A stretch of 64,000 nucleotides of DNA from Trichosphaerium sp. ATCC 40318. Taxonomy: Eukaryota; Protista; Tubulinea. The translations under genes were made by a program, and so were the position numbers. Location: positions 1 to 64,000 of the forward strand of contig JALMLS010000287.1 in the NCBI GenBank assembly GCA_038496445.1, read 5' to 3'. The stretch's first letter is position 1, and the number at the start of each line of letters is the position of its first letter. Below, one piece after another: positions 12,428 to 25,900 of this stretch. Below the pieces are notes generated by a model. That model did no database searches and was not told the origin of the DNA. It saw only the letters and a list, made by a program, of their open reading frames with translations.

Positions 12428-13372
12428 TTAATATGAGTGTTCAGTCTTTACCAATTTTATTGAAGAAGCCCCAGTAGCAAAGTGTGCGTGGAGATGCCAA
12501 GTTTTTCCTGAAGTTAATTTGATGACAGGTGGTTCCATGCGAATATGACGTGAGTTGTGTAGAGTAAGTGTTGATTTGTAGCAATCAAGAACAATTCTCA
12601 CTGTATCACCAGTAACGAAGTTATCAAATTTATCGATCTTGACGTACTGACCTCTAATGTACTGGCTTCTAGATGTCCAAGCATAATTTGTCTGGAATCC
12701 ATGAGAGTTGCGAATGGCTCCATGGGTATCACAGTCACCTAACACACCAAGCATCATCATACCTCCTATGAACATAATCTCTATAGTCCATTCAACAATT
12801 CCTTCATCAAATCCTATTTCTCCTATTGCTGTACCAAGCCTTACTCCTTTGTGATGTAAAACACCATTCTTAGTATCCATTGATGTTGTTTTGCCAAAAG
12901 TGTCATCAACAACTGTCTCTGTAGTTGATACTAACCCGAGGTAATTTGCAAGTACAGCAAATCTCCTGTTTTCTCTACTTAACTTCACAACAGCCTTCGG
13001 TACATTTGAATTCGAAATAGACATTTCTCTTAATGAGTCCAAAATAATCTCGAAAAAAGTTGGGCTAAAATCCAAAAACACGTGACCATTTTCATCCAAA
13101 ACGTGCTGCTCCTCCCATCGCCCGTTAAACATTACATCAAGTAAAGATCCTTTTACTTGGCGCAGAGTGCGTCTAGTCGTTGTCATAAGTGTTCCGCCTA
13201 CATTTAGCTTTATAAGGTCCGAAGACCTAGCTATCTGCGATATCCTTTGTCTCTCGTCATCTAACTGCGCTATGGCTTCTTCCAAGTAAGTTGATTTATC
13301 CTCAAGGTCCCTTTTTTGCTCTTCTAGCTCTTGTACTAGCGCTTGAAGCAATATATCCACTTTAGTACTCAT
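12428..13372 (-). CDS. Coiled-coil + KCTD-type BTB/POZ + SPRY/B30.2-like protein, intronless
   Basis: IKLNVGGTLMTTTRRTL...SLLDVMFNG...VFLDFSPTFFEIILDSLR (BTB_2); GIVEWTIEI...MMLGV...FVTGDTVRIVLDCYKSTLT (SPRY-like). Confidence 0.85.
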   Translation of the reverse strand: MSTKVDILLQALVQELEEQKRDLEDKSTYLEEAIAQLDDERQRISQIARSSDLIKLNVGGTLMTTTRRTLRQVKGSLLDVMFNGRWEEQHVLDENGHVFLDFSPTFFEIILDSLREMSISNSNVPKAVVKLSRENRRFAVLANYLGLVSTTETVVDDTFGKTTSMDTKNGVLHHKGVRLGTAIGEIGFDEGIVEWTIEIMFIGGMMMLGVLGDCDTHGAIRNSHGFQTNYAWTSRSQYIRGQYVKIDKFDNFVTGDTVRIVLDCYKSTLTLHNSRHIRMEPPVIKLTSGKTWHLHAHFATGASSIKLVKTEHSY

Positions 13373-13645
13373 TGGCGCGGAGAGAATGCTTTACTGCAGT
13401 TTTCTATGTGGGTTTATTTTATTTTATTAATAAACGTTAAGTACGTTCCACGTTTGACCCGGGTTAGTGCCTCTTCATAGTTTAACACTTTAATAACAAG
13501 CAACTACGCTCTTTACAGTGTATTCCGACTATGTCAATTTATTACTGAATGAATGTGATTTTGTACACGTGACATTAAAAAGAAGCTTACAACGCCGGAC
13601 TTGTCTCAGCACGAACCGGGCATCATTATTTCGATTCCTATGTAT

Positions 13646-15254
13646 TTACACATCGTCACATATAAATCCAATATGTATATTGTTGTATGGGTCTTCTGTT
13701 GTGTTACTAGCGATCCCAACAAGTTGATTGTTTAAATCTTTTATTTTAATCGTAAGTACATCGTCTTCTTCTTCTTCCCCATCAAAACGGATCCAACACG
13801 AATAATTGGGTACTATGATATGACAAGCAATGTTGGAAGGCATTTTGACCGTGCAGGTGGTTCGTGAAGTGCGAATAGACCTAAGAAAGACAAGATTACA
13901 AAAGAAATACCACCAGGGAGTACCATAGGAACCCTCCACAATAAATTTCCTGTATGGAATCTTTTGATGCCCTGTCTAGTACAAGTTTGACTGAGCAGCT
14001 TTTACAAAGGGATCAGTTTGGAAAAACAAATAGTACTACGAGTTAAAGGTTGCGAAATATATAAGCTATACTCACGTGCTCTTGTCAGGGTCTTCTCCAA
14101 TGTTGTTTCTATAAATGTATGTGCTATCATTAAGTTGTTTCTTTGTCACTATTTCTCCCCATATGTCGTTCCACCAAAGTAGCTCAGGAGTGTTTTTGCA
14201 AACAAACAAATAGAAAGCAAACATTGAAGTAACATGGACTTCAACAAGCTGAGCGAATTCATGGTGCCCACCCATTCCTATAATATTCTTAGTATATCAA
14301 TGAGCTTTAAATATAGCTTCGACATACTAGCAAGGAACCACATGCTTACGGCTTCAGCACCTGTTAAACGGCCATACTTTTGTACCCATTTTTGCAATAC
14401 ATTTTTCGGTAGTTTAAGCTTTATTCTCTTCTGTGTTATCTTCACCATTAACCTATTCAAATCTGGAAACACTTTGTTAATTTGAAAGACTATATAATCT
14501 GGTGTAGGCTGGTCGAGTAATAGTGAATATAGCATAACAACCAATTCGATTGATTCAGGTAATAAAATAGGTGTCACTTTTTTAAATAATTCTGTTTGCT
14601 TCTTTTTTTCGACAACCTAACGCGAGGTGAGTATTAAAAGAGTATATGCGTTTAAGCCACGAAACATTCACTGTTATCACTCACTAGACGTACCTGTCCA
14701 AGCTTCACTATAACACCTTTAATGTCATCAAAAGATTCGTTTTTTGAAATATCTTCTAGCTCTTTTGAGCAGTTGACGCTTGCCATTGCATTCAAGAATA
14801 ATAACGAAGAGTTTTCGGTCTCGCCTTTGATGAGAAAATACTGAAATACACCATCATTTGAACCAAAGTTGTTTGTGAAAAGATTCGAAAAATACCTACA
14901 GAAAAAAATAAGAAAAGCTCTTGTGAGGCAGTATCGACCTAATAGATTTAAAACTTTCTGAAACTTACCTGCAGTTCATACTAAGTACATAGCGTGATAC
15001 TTTGACTTTATACAAAGGCACTGTTTCGTTGAGGACAAAATTACTACATCGCATAATTTCGAAGAATTTTCATCGATGCATTTCAGTTGTTTCTCTGGTA
15101 TGTCATCAAGTGATACAACTTTATTTCGTGATTTAAACTGACTTTTGACTGTTTTTCTGAAGAGGTTTGATGTAATCGATAAAGCAACTATGTCTCTACA
15201 GCGCAAATGATCCATGACTTTGGACAACACGATCATGATGTTTTGAAGTAACAT
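13646..15254 (-). CDS. F-box-like protein of unknown function, multi-exon
   Basis: N-terminus VLSKVMDHLRCRDIVALSITSNLFRKTV resembles a divergent F-box; consecutive minus-strand exons with GT-AG boundaries run to the stop at 13646. Confidence 0.55.
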
Positions 15255-15718
15255 GTCAAAACTTGAAGATTCTAGGAAATGGTTTAGAAGTGTAGTTGTA
15301 ACAAAGCCAATTGGTTCAACGAGAGCAACTATTGTCACCAGTTCAACAAAAAAAAAAGTCGAAAAGTGGATTAGCAGAATAAATCGAAATATGCGTACGT
15401 AAGACTGCTTTCGTTAGACTTCTCTTGCACTTTGTATCATGATGATAAGGCAAAGACATTGTTTGTAGTATTCTGTGCGTTTTATTTTGCAAATCAACAG
15501 CAGTCAAACCTCGTAAAAACAAACTAAGTTTTCGCGTTAAAATCTCCTATGAAAAACTTTCTATCACACTCCCAACTTTGCACAACCCTCTAATCAACTT
15601 CTTGTTGGCATGGTAATTCTTCAATTGTCTGTGAATAACTTGGTAAGTCCAGAATATTCTTCTATTGACAACGCCAAGCGTTGACCTTCAATTTTCTTTT
15701 TACACTACAACACACGCA

Positions 15719-16367
15719 ATGTCGAGGTGCACCTTTTGTAAGAACAGCATATGCTTCGGAGAAGTCATGGTAGACGGAAAACCGTACCACGAGAAGTGTA
15801 CAAGGAACGCACGAGGTGTTGATGTTGAAGCGATAAAAGCTGAAGCCAGGGCCAAGAGCGAAGCAAAGAAGCGCGAACGCGAAGCGGAGATGGCTCGTTT
15901 ACCAAAGACAATTGAAGTACGTAGTTATTTATTCGTATACCGCGAGGATACTGCATGATATCATCTAAGAGCTTGGAGATTCTCGATTTCTTTGTAATTA
16001 GTTTTTTTTTTATCGTCTTTTTTTAGTTTTTTTTAACTGCACCACGTGTATTCGTTAGTTACTGTACTCGTAGTAATACTATGTCGATAGTGTTGCGTCA
16101 TTAACGAATTTTTCTTTCTAGGTTGGAGAAATACGCATTGAAGGCGCAGGACAGGTGTACAACCATAAAACTGGTACGATACCGCGCATTCTTTTTCAGT
16201 CAGAAAATTTTTTTTTTACCACGTGATTTTTCTTGTGAGCAGAAAAGTTTTATCTCAAGCTGCGAGCTACATCTTTTTTAATTAATGATTGTATTGTAGG
16301 GAAGTTAGAACCATCTAAGGGTCGCTTTGCTAATCCTCGCGTTGGTGTCAATTTAGCTCCAAAGTAA
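15719..16367 (+). CDS. Small protein with a LIM-like half zinc finger and charged coil
   Basis: MSRCTFCKNSICFGEVMVDGKPYHEKC (CxxC...HxxC); exons join as ...PKTIE|VGEIRIEGAGQVYNHKT|GKLEPSKGRFANPRVGVNLAPK*. Confidence 0.75.
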
Positions 16368-16733
16368 TAATACAAGCGAGATAGAACTCAGTCCAAATAG
16401 AATTTATTTGTAACCGCTTTTTTTGTTTGCTTTCTTCTTTTTTAGTTTAAGCTTGTTTTTAAAACTCGGTTTAGTGCTTGGGGGTTGACTTATCAGGCGC
16501 AGATAGGGCTGGTTGGCGGATTAAAAGGAGGTTTGGTTGGTTAGTAAGCATGACTTAAATGGTGGATTCACTTGATGCTTTTTTTCTTATTACCTCTAAA
16601 TACGCATAATAAGTGGTTGGCTATGCTACCACGTACGTGTAAATACGCGTCATGTTTCTCTGGTAGGCGTGTAAGGGTAAATGACCTAAACAAGCGTAAA
16701 ACGCCGTCGCGATCTATTACTGTAGCTTCGTTA

Positions 16734-18462
16734 ATGTCTGAGGAGCAAATAAGAAAAGTTAATAGCCAGTTTGAGAATAAAGGCATTAATGCCGTGCGAC
16801 AACGTTCAGTACTGTCAACACTGGATCAGTTGAACCAATGTAGGCGAAGTCCAGAGTATAGGTAATTTTCGCGTCTATACTGGCCCCTTACGCGCCATAG
16901 ATCCCTTTGCGACACTATAGAGAAGTCACAGCAAAGAAAGGAAATTGGATTACCAGACGTACGTGTATACGTCTCAATAATTAGCTTAATCGCTTCTCCC
17001 TAATTAAAAAACGCGTAGTACGCTTTTAAAACAACTTCCAAAACTGTTTCGAAGCAGTTTTCAAAAAACAATAATCTAAAACGTCATTTTAGCCATCATC
17101 TCCTCTCTCGCAACCCGATGTTCTTAAGATAATTATTGGGCCTACAATGGTTGCACAAGCTCTATCTAAACTAAAAGAGTACGTAAATAATTTTCAAAAA
17201 GTCACGTGGTGAGTACCAAGGTAGCTTACATAAAATAATATTAGTTGGTTTATTGTTGGTCTTGCAATGGAGAATACAGTAAAGTTTTTAACTATTCGCT
17301 CTACTATTTTCCTGTTCACTTCTGAAACTGCCTTTAAATCTTGGATGGAGAATAAAGCACATGAGAAGTTAGTAGAAGACTTTAGAAAGGCTAATAAAGG
17401 TGTACGTAGAGGAGATTTCTGATCTTTTTGTATCTTGTGTATTCAACTTATTTAATGTAGATTGAAGATTCAAAGTTATTGCTACCAGCCTCTGATATTC
17501 AGTTGACTAGCGCTATCCTTGGCCAAGCGAAGAGACCTGGATTGGTACAGTACATAACTATTATACTATTTTATTAATTGTACTAGGTGCCAATGATAAA
17601 CGGCGTTTTTACAACAGCTATTGTAAGTTGTGAAAATATGTTACCACTTGGTTTTTAATTTTTTTTAGGATCCTAGTATTGCACGTAGTTATGTACATAC
17701 ACCAACATTTCTATCTACATTACTGTCTCTGAGGCTTGAGGAAAATCTACAATTTACATCAAAGACAGTAAGAGACAAGGTCAGTTTGAAAGTTCTTAGC
17801 TTTTGTATCTTCTTTTGTTTTTCTCGTTTTTTTCCGTCTGAAGATCTCTATCTCTAACTCCTTTGTAGTTCGTTAAATCTATATTATCATCTACATTCTA
17901 CTATATATCATCGCGCGGAGAAAGAGCAACCACTAGATTCTCACCAGAAGAAGACACATTTGAATACGAAGAAGGAAAGTCAAAGTATCTTGCTGTTTTT
18001 ACCCAACCTGTTTTTGCGAATCTGCTTCAACCTGGACTTCCTTCATCAGAAAAAAAGAGGGTAGTTGTACCAATAAGTGGTAGAGGGTTACTAGGGACAA
18101 TGGAGTTATGTATAGCAAACAAAAAGCAGATGGCTATTAATAAGGTTCATATAAGTACAGCTGAAAATGTCAATTTGGCAAAGATGGATCCAGAGTTCTT
18201 ACAGTTCTTCCTTGATTCAAAAGATATGCTTTTTATAATAAGATCATGTAATGAGTACATAATGGAAACTAAGTTACGCATAGCATTAGATGAACAAGGG
18301 AAAAATAAAGACAAGGGTGAAGTCGAAATGAAAAAAACAGAAAAAACTAAGAATGACATTGTAAATCCAGAAAAAAAAGATGCTGATCTTGATTCATTTG
18401 TAGGACTAAAAGGTTATGAATTAGAAAAAAACCCAGTTCTAAAAAAAGGTAGAGCTAAATAA
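16734..18462 (+). CDS. Hypothetical protein, about 7 exons (possible SseB-like folds)
   Basis: Exons splice in frame from MSEEQIRKVNSQ... to ...PVLKKGRAK*. Motifs IFLFTSETAF and LAVFTQP...VPISGRGLL. Fold guess is inference. Confidence 0.65.
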
Positions 18463-18877
18463 ACTTGATATTGTAAAGTTTTTTTGTGGGTTTCTGACAA
18501 GCGTTTACTACCGAGGAGGCCTCGAAACATGATGATACTACAGGCAAAACTTTGTGACCATACTGCATATTTTAGGCGTCTAAACCACTATGGATGTAAA
18601 CATACAGGTCACGTGATTAGTGACTGTTATTTATCAGTTGCACCCAGGTGTCAAACAGTTAAGATGCAAACTAACCTTGTAATAGCGTTTTGTTGGAATG
18701 CCTATCTCATTTTGACAGATAAAAACCTTTACCACATGACGTGGAAAGTCTTAATCGCTCCAAATTTTTCGTTTTCTGTAGCCAACTCTGTTGATCGTCT
18801 GTAAAAACTCCTTTGCTGTTCTCGTATGTTGTTGCTAGTTTGACATCGCATTATTCCCAAACCCTAGCATTTTTGTA

Positions 18878-19083
18878 CCTCACCAACAACTCAACCTCCA
18901 ACCACGCTACCTTCAACAACGCTGCATCCAACTACATTATCTCTTTCTACCTACTCTCCTTCTATATCGGCAACTGCTTAACCAACCACAGAAGCCTACA
19001 ACGGATCACCATCTACTTCTGCTCCACCTAACACAGAAGCACCAACAACACCATCCTCTTCAACCACTACTGTTCCAACATTT
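18878..19083 (+). pseudogene. Degenerate mucin-like Pro/Thr/Ser stalk fragment
   Basis: Reads SPTTQPPTTLPSTTLHPTTLSLSTYSPSISATA*PTTEAYNGSPSTSAPPNTEAPTTPSSSTTTVPT with an in-frame TAA; no start codon or flanking exons found. Confidence 0.55.
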
Positions 19084-20342
19084 CTATCACAAGCACTATG
19101 GCACCTTTGTTAACTTGTCTTTAGTGAGCTCACTCAGTTAGTTTCAAAATAACTATTTGCTGTTTTGGCCAACAAACTGTCTTTGAAAGAGCTCAGCGAC
19201 AGTTGTTTTATAAAATTACAGTTGATTGGGATATCTACTCGCTCAGACATTTAACAAAAACTGAACTTTTTAAACCTACACTCATGAAATGGCTGTGCCG
19301 GTGTAAAGTACGATATTGTACCAATACAAGCAACATAGAATTTTCGTGTGGGATCTTCTTGGGTTGGTACAACGTGATTCAAAGTTGGCACACCTGCAGC
19401 TTTACTTCACACCAAAGGCAATATCTTGCACGCTGATGATAACGTTATGCTCATATTTGTCGCGTTTAGCGGAGCGTGCTGTTTGGAATGCGAGACTAGA
19501 GAAACTATAGTTTGTGAAACATTTGTAGTTTTCAGATTAGGAACTAAACTTTTGCGTTGCTATATTCTGTTCTATCGCATCAGGATGTTTCACTTCACAC
19601 AAGCCTTGGAGACAATTCGCGTTTTGATAAAATAGTATCACGTGATACGCAATTGGAGAAATGTAATTTCTGTTTTTGAAACACGTGACAGTGTAGTTTT
19701 TCAATGTCTCGTGTTTGTAGTGAGATGGCAAAATTTTTGAGATTGTTCATGTGAGGGAGCAGTCACTAGTGGTTGGTGACAAACTGTAATTTGTCGTAAA
19801 TATTCACTCAAGTTTCGTTTTTCACTTAAAAATTATTCGCGAATTTTTGAATTCACAGGTTCACACATTGTGTAAAACGTGATTTTGAGTTCGCAAACAA
19901 CCAGAATTGTTACCTTGAGGCGCTAGTTTTTTATGTATTGAAAGCGGAAGGCAATAATCGCTTTTAGCTTCGGATACATGACTTGGGCGATGAAGGTATT
20001 GAAGTTTTCTGTTGTTTTTTTTTGGTGAACGTTTTTCTATATCCTGTAGTTAACATTGATGGCTAAAAGTTATAAACAAGAACGGGTTTTGTTGTGCTTG
20101 TGTGACCCGTTATCTTGTGTGATTCTATAAGCTGAAAAAAAAAACCATTGAAAAGCTTTAGATAATAATGTGTGACCCACACAACCTATTGATTTAAAAA
20201 CGCTACTCGCATAGAGAGTCTGTTTGTTGTTGGGTACCTGATCATCAAGCTAAAAAACCAAAAAGGTCAATTGGTTTTTGATTTGGGTATTGACTTAATC
20301 CATTGGTTCTCTTTTTATTCAAATCTAAACTGAACAACAACC

Positions 20343-20701
20343 ATGACACTTCAACTCATCATACTTCTTGTTATTACATTTGTTATTTACACCGCAGCAC
20401 AATGCGATCCAGGTAACTGCTGATGTCATTTACAAAGCCTATTTGTAACCAACCTGTAGATGCTTCCGAGAGTGACTGTTTATTAAACCTTGAGTGTTTC
20501 TACTGCTGTAATCCGAGTCCATTAGGGTGTGTATGTACAACTCGCAAAGGCTATGATTGCGATTTTGTGAGAGAGAATGCGCCCAGCTCATGTACAACTA
20601 GTGTAAAGTGTGCCGCTTACAACAAGAGCAAGACGTTGTATGTTTATTCTGGTCTCTTCTTTGCTATTGTAGCCGTCCTACGTTGGTATTTAAAAGCTTA
20701 A
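20343..20701 (+). CDS. Small secreted Cys-rich protein with C-terminal TM/GPI-like tail
   Basis: Signal peptide MTLQLIILLVITFVIYTAAQCDP, one intron, 10 Cys, hydrophobic tail LYVYSGLFFAIVAVLRWYLKA*. Confidence 0.75.
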
Positions 20702-21214
20702 ACGTGACTGCAAGAACCCGCTCCCAGGAATAAACTTCATCCTTTTAAAACTCATTCTTTGTAACACATCTCTGTACCTCGAAAGGGAACAAACTTTTTT
20801 TTTTGTTTCCTTTAACTTATGCTTCTGAAAAATAGTTGAACTGTTACGCTCAGCGGTTTGTCGTAGCAATTGATGTTATGAAAGGCATCGACACAAGAGA
20901 GCAGCATTTATTTGTATGGTTGTGTTTGAAAACAACAAATAGCTCATGAAGCACCAGCGTTTGTAGTGGTCTTTTTCTCGCATAAAGCAATAATTTTAGT
21001 GCAGTTGTTCTCGAGAATTTTTAATGTTTGAGAATTTGTAGCAACAATAATGAAGCATGTCATGCAACTTTGTTTATACTGACACAATAAATGACCATAG
21101 AGATTAATAGTTTATGTTTTTACACTTACAGTTTACAACTAAACAATACCACTTGTTTGATTACGTTTTATAACACAAGAATAATGTACAAAATTATAAA
21201 AAAGCTTGACTTGA

Positions 21215-22758
21215 CTAAAGAATACCAAGCTTGCTAATAGCTGCGAACTGGTCAGGTATTTCTTGCAAAGCTGCAACACTAAAGTACCGTTAGATTTGAA
21301 AAAGTCAAAAAAAAGAAAAGTGTGGTATTTACCTGAACGCAACCTCCATATTTTCGGCACGTGACATTATTTTATGAAAGTCAACAAACTGAAAATTATC
21401 GAATTTTCTCCCTGTCAATCGATATCAGTTTGATCACGTGTCGATAAAAAAAATAGCATCATGAACTCCCTTCAACTCAAAGTAACAAACTCCGAATTCA
21501 AGGGTTGTTTAATCAGCTTCACAAAACAAAACACAAAAAAAAATTGTATGTGTACTTGGTAGTTGGTCATCGTATTTTTCCATCTCATCCCATGGTCCTA
21601 ATTTAAATATGTTAGGTAAAACAAGTAAACATTAATGCCATATTTAACTACGAACCATCACCAACACCAACCATTATAATAGATAACGGATAATTTGATG
21701 CTTCAATAATTGCATCAGCCGTCTGTTTCTTATTAACCACTTGACCATCTGCAATGATGAGCAATATGTGATATTCCTTTGAATGCTTTACAATATTTAT
21801 AGCTTCTATACCAATTAAATTTAGTACGACAACAAGTATAAAGTATGTACAAATAAAGAGAAGTGCAGGAAAAAAAGTTTTTGAAATGTGGTACAAGTAC
21901 CTCTTATTAAAGGAGCAAACGAAGTTGGTCCACTTAATTCTACGTTTGGTGTTATTTCTCTGTATCTTGCTAGTACTTCCTCAAAACCATTACAAGGTCT
22001 TTCTTCTAAGAAAGGAAAAACAGCTCTATCAGCAGTAGTACGATCTCCAAAACTAGTAAAAAAAAACTTGTCAGAAAAAAAAGTGCGGTAATCTATGAAC
22101 CAAAAGACTCAACGTGTTAACACGTACTCACCCATAAACCTACAAACTGTAATGAGTAATAGTAAGTACATATTGTGGCGTACTGGAATTAGACCATCCT
22201 CATCGAATGGCGCAAGTGTAGCGCCTAAAATGGCTATTACTTGTTGGTACGGATTTAAAATGTTTGGCATTGGCTATGTAAGGTAGTAAGTGCCAATATT
22301 AGTTCACGGTTAGGTTCCTATTTATTACGTACGTTTAAAGCGTGTAAACATTGGTTGTTAAAGGTTCGTTGACCTGTCCATGTATTTGATTTTGTGTAAT
22401 CTATGCCTATGATAACTAAAAAACGTTAGGAATACGTTTTATGTGATAGACATTAACGGGTTTTTGTTTTGCTGAGTCATTAATTTAAAACCAACTAACT
22501 AACGCTTTGATGGCTTATACTACGCGCATAAAATACACCAGAGGCAGTTGGTTGATGATTTAACAACTACTAGCAATTTTGGTTTTACGTACGGTTTGAT
22601 GACTCTAGACCAGATTGGCGAAGTGCCTGGGTTACTTCTTGCAAGCTAGTAAATTTGTCGGCAATTGCAACAAATTGAGACGCCAAAGTCGGTTGCATGC
22701 CCGCCATGTAAGCCAGTTGTTCGGTGGCATAATTTAGCGTGTCGTAGAGGTAGTTCAT
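21215..22758 (-). CDS. Copine-type vWA-only protein (RGLG-like vWA, no C2, no RING)
   Basis: [101 protein letters not shown]. Confidence 0.9.
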
Positions 22759-22916
22759 CGTGAGAAAAATGAGTCAGCACTGACTTATGATCCCGTTAAG
22801 CAAAGTACCAACATTTTGACATTGCAGGTCGCTTATTAGCAGTACATTTGCTTTATGCATGTATAATACGCGTGGAATGCTTGAAACCGCGTTAATTAAT
22901 CGAAGGGACAACAATA

Positions 22917-25900
22917 ATGAATAATGTGTTACGTAAAATAAGCCAAAGGGCCACTAACCAACGTAATGACGTGCGAAAGCGAAGATACTAACGTATTATG
23001 ACAGCAGCGATAAACGTTCCTAACAAATCCGTATCAGAACCTCACACACGCGAAAAAAAGCCTTCGGGATACTGGTTAGACCCTTTAAACCATCAAAAGT
23101 TTTTTGACGAAACAGCGGGCCCAAAACTCCATGTTCTACAAGTACGCACTTACTACAACTCACATAAGTTGGTTTGGCACGTTGTAAAATAACAGGACAC
23201 AGCTTGAAGATTGGTACTCAGTTACTAAAAATGATGTTATTGACATTGGTGGCGGTGTTGTCATGCACTGGTTCGTTGACAAAACTTAGTCTAACCTGTT
23301 CCAAGATTATCTTGACAATCTGTTAGTCATAATGGATCTATATCAAAGGCTTTGAGCATGGCATACCCTTGGTTTAATTGGGAATCATGGCGCTTTCAGT
23401 GAGTCTTTTATAAAAAAAGATTTAAAAATAGCCTTTTATTTTTGTTATTGTGGCTCTCGGAGCTTAAGATTTATAAGGAATGCGCCTCAAGGTTACTGGG
23501 AAGATGTTAAAAACCAAAGAAAGAGGTATGATGAGCTTTGGGAGGTCTTGGGGATAGAAAAACTAAGTGATTGGTATAATGTTACTGTGGAAGATCTGAG
23601 AGCAAATGATGCAGGTAACATCATAAACAGGTAACTCTACACTCTTGTTTATCAAGAACCTTAAAACGATAGATATAATGGATCGCTTATCAGTTCTCTG
23701 TCTGGCATATACCCAGAGTACGAATGGGTTGGGTATAACTTCGTGTGAGTTGTGTTTTGTTTGGCTTGGTTTGAAACTCACTTTTTTTTTTCTCTACAAA
23801 AGTTGTTCACCAGCAAATACTTGGAGCGACCTCGATAATCATAAAAAGAAGTTGAATGATATTGCGATTGAATTATCCATAAAAACGTATGATGCGTGGT
23901 ATGATGTAACTTTTGCTACCATCACACGTCTGAGAAGCCTTCCAGTGCTTGAATAGTACGCCTACAAATTAACTAGTTTCTTCATTGAACTCAAAAAAAG
24001 TCACGGATCTCTGTACTCAGCGCTCAAAACAAGTTTCCCTGAGCATCCCTGGATTGCGTGGAAATTCAGGTGTGTATTAATATTAAGATCTCTCACTACC
24101 ATTTTTTTGTTGAACAGCTTCGTTGTTGACATTAAATTTAACTAGATGTGTTCCAACAAAGTTTTGGCATGACATCAAGAATCAAAGGGAAAAGTTTGAC
24201 GATATTGCAAAAACTCTCAATGTTAAAACAAGAGATGATTGGGAATTAAAACAAACTAGTGATATTGTTGGTGCTGGAGGAAATCCTATTCTGAATCTGT
24301 AAGCTTTGCGACATCTTTTTCCTATTTTTTTCCGTTTATGTCATATGAGCTTTTGTTGTTGTTCATTGGACGTGCTTTAGGTATGATAATTCTGTCACAA
24401 ATGTTTTAGACAATCTATATCCAATTCAGTTAACCTGGAAGAAAAATATACCAAGACTTTATAGGTACGCCTCAATAGAATTCTATTAGTTCGTGTTTTT
24501 TTAAACAACATTTTACTTACAAGTATACTAGGAAACTACCGCCTAGTCACCTTATAACAAGTCATTTGCTTTGGCTTGGTAAAATAGGAGCCGTTCTAGA
24601 TATTAAAATAATGGATGATTGGTATGATGTTAAAGCAGCAGACGTATCAAAGGCTGGAGGATCTCACATTCTTAGAACGTAATTTGTTTTTAAAGCAAGT
24701 TTCTCAATTCACTCCTTTGTGAAGCTTTCTTACTAAGTTTGCTTTAGGTATGGGTCATTATATAGATCGTTAGAAGCTATTTATCCTTACGTTCACTGGC
24801 ATTCATGGCGTTTTAAGTACGTTGTACTGAGTGACTTTCAACTATTTGTGCTGCAAGATTTACATTTGCATTAGGATCCCGCCAAAGAGTAATTGGGACG
24901 CAAAGAATACTCAAAAAGCATGGTTTGAAGGCATGGCCAAGCACGTCAATTTCAAGTCATTAAGTGATTGGTATGACGTTTCAGCAAATGCTATTGGAAC
25001 AATGGGTGGCTCTCAAATACTACTCAAGTACATTAACAATAATACAAAACTATCCAGCTTCAGTTTTGACTTTTCTTCAATTGTTAACACTTCAAATTTC
25101 TTTTGTTTTTAATAACCCCTTTTTAGGTATAAAAATTCAATGTATAGGATGATGAAATCTATATACCCAAGGTATAAATGGAATCAACATCGGTTCACGT
25201 GCGTATTTGACAAAAAAAGTTTTTTACTTCTTACTGTTTTTTTTTATCTAGTACACGACATAAACCAGCAGTGATAACACCAAAGGGTTATTGGCTCGAG
25301 AGAATGAATATCATAAAATTTATGACGAAGACAGAGGAAGAATTACATTTGAAGCATCCTTTAGAATGGTACAATCTTTTGAAAACAAAAAACAAAATAG
25401 AAACAAAATTGATTTATGGCATCTCTCTGAACCAGCAACCTCGCTTTTGTTGTTGTGACAAATATGTCAAATCTATAATCATTTGAGTATTACCATTTGT
25501 TGTTCACCTAACCTAGACTTTCGACTATCACTGTTGACATATGTTTGTTTTTTTTAGGACTAGGGTTTCAATCAATCAGATTAAAGAACTTGGTGGACAA
25601 GGGTTCCTACAACATTGGCCCAATATTCTACCCTCAATTTACCCAGAACATAACTGGACTTCTGTTACTAAAATGACTTGGGAGTCGAAGAAAGCTTCAC
25701 AGAGGTAAAAGTTGTGCCTGTTTCCCATTTCTTTCGTGTTTCGTTTTTCTCTACAGTATTTTTAACTCTATTTATCATTTAGGATTCTTAAGGAATGCGT
25801 TAAACTTATTTTACCTGATTATGATATTATTGAAGAGTATAGACTAGAATTATCTCATGATAGTTTGGATATATTCATTCCTGATCTTAATCTTGCTGTT

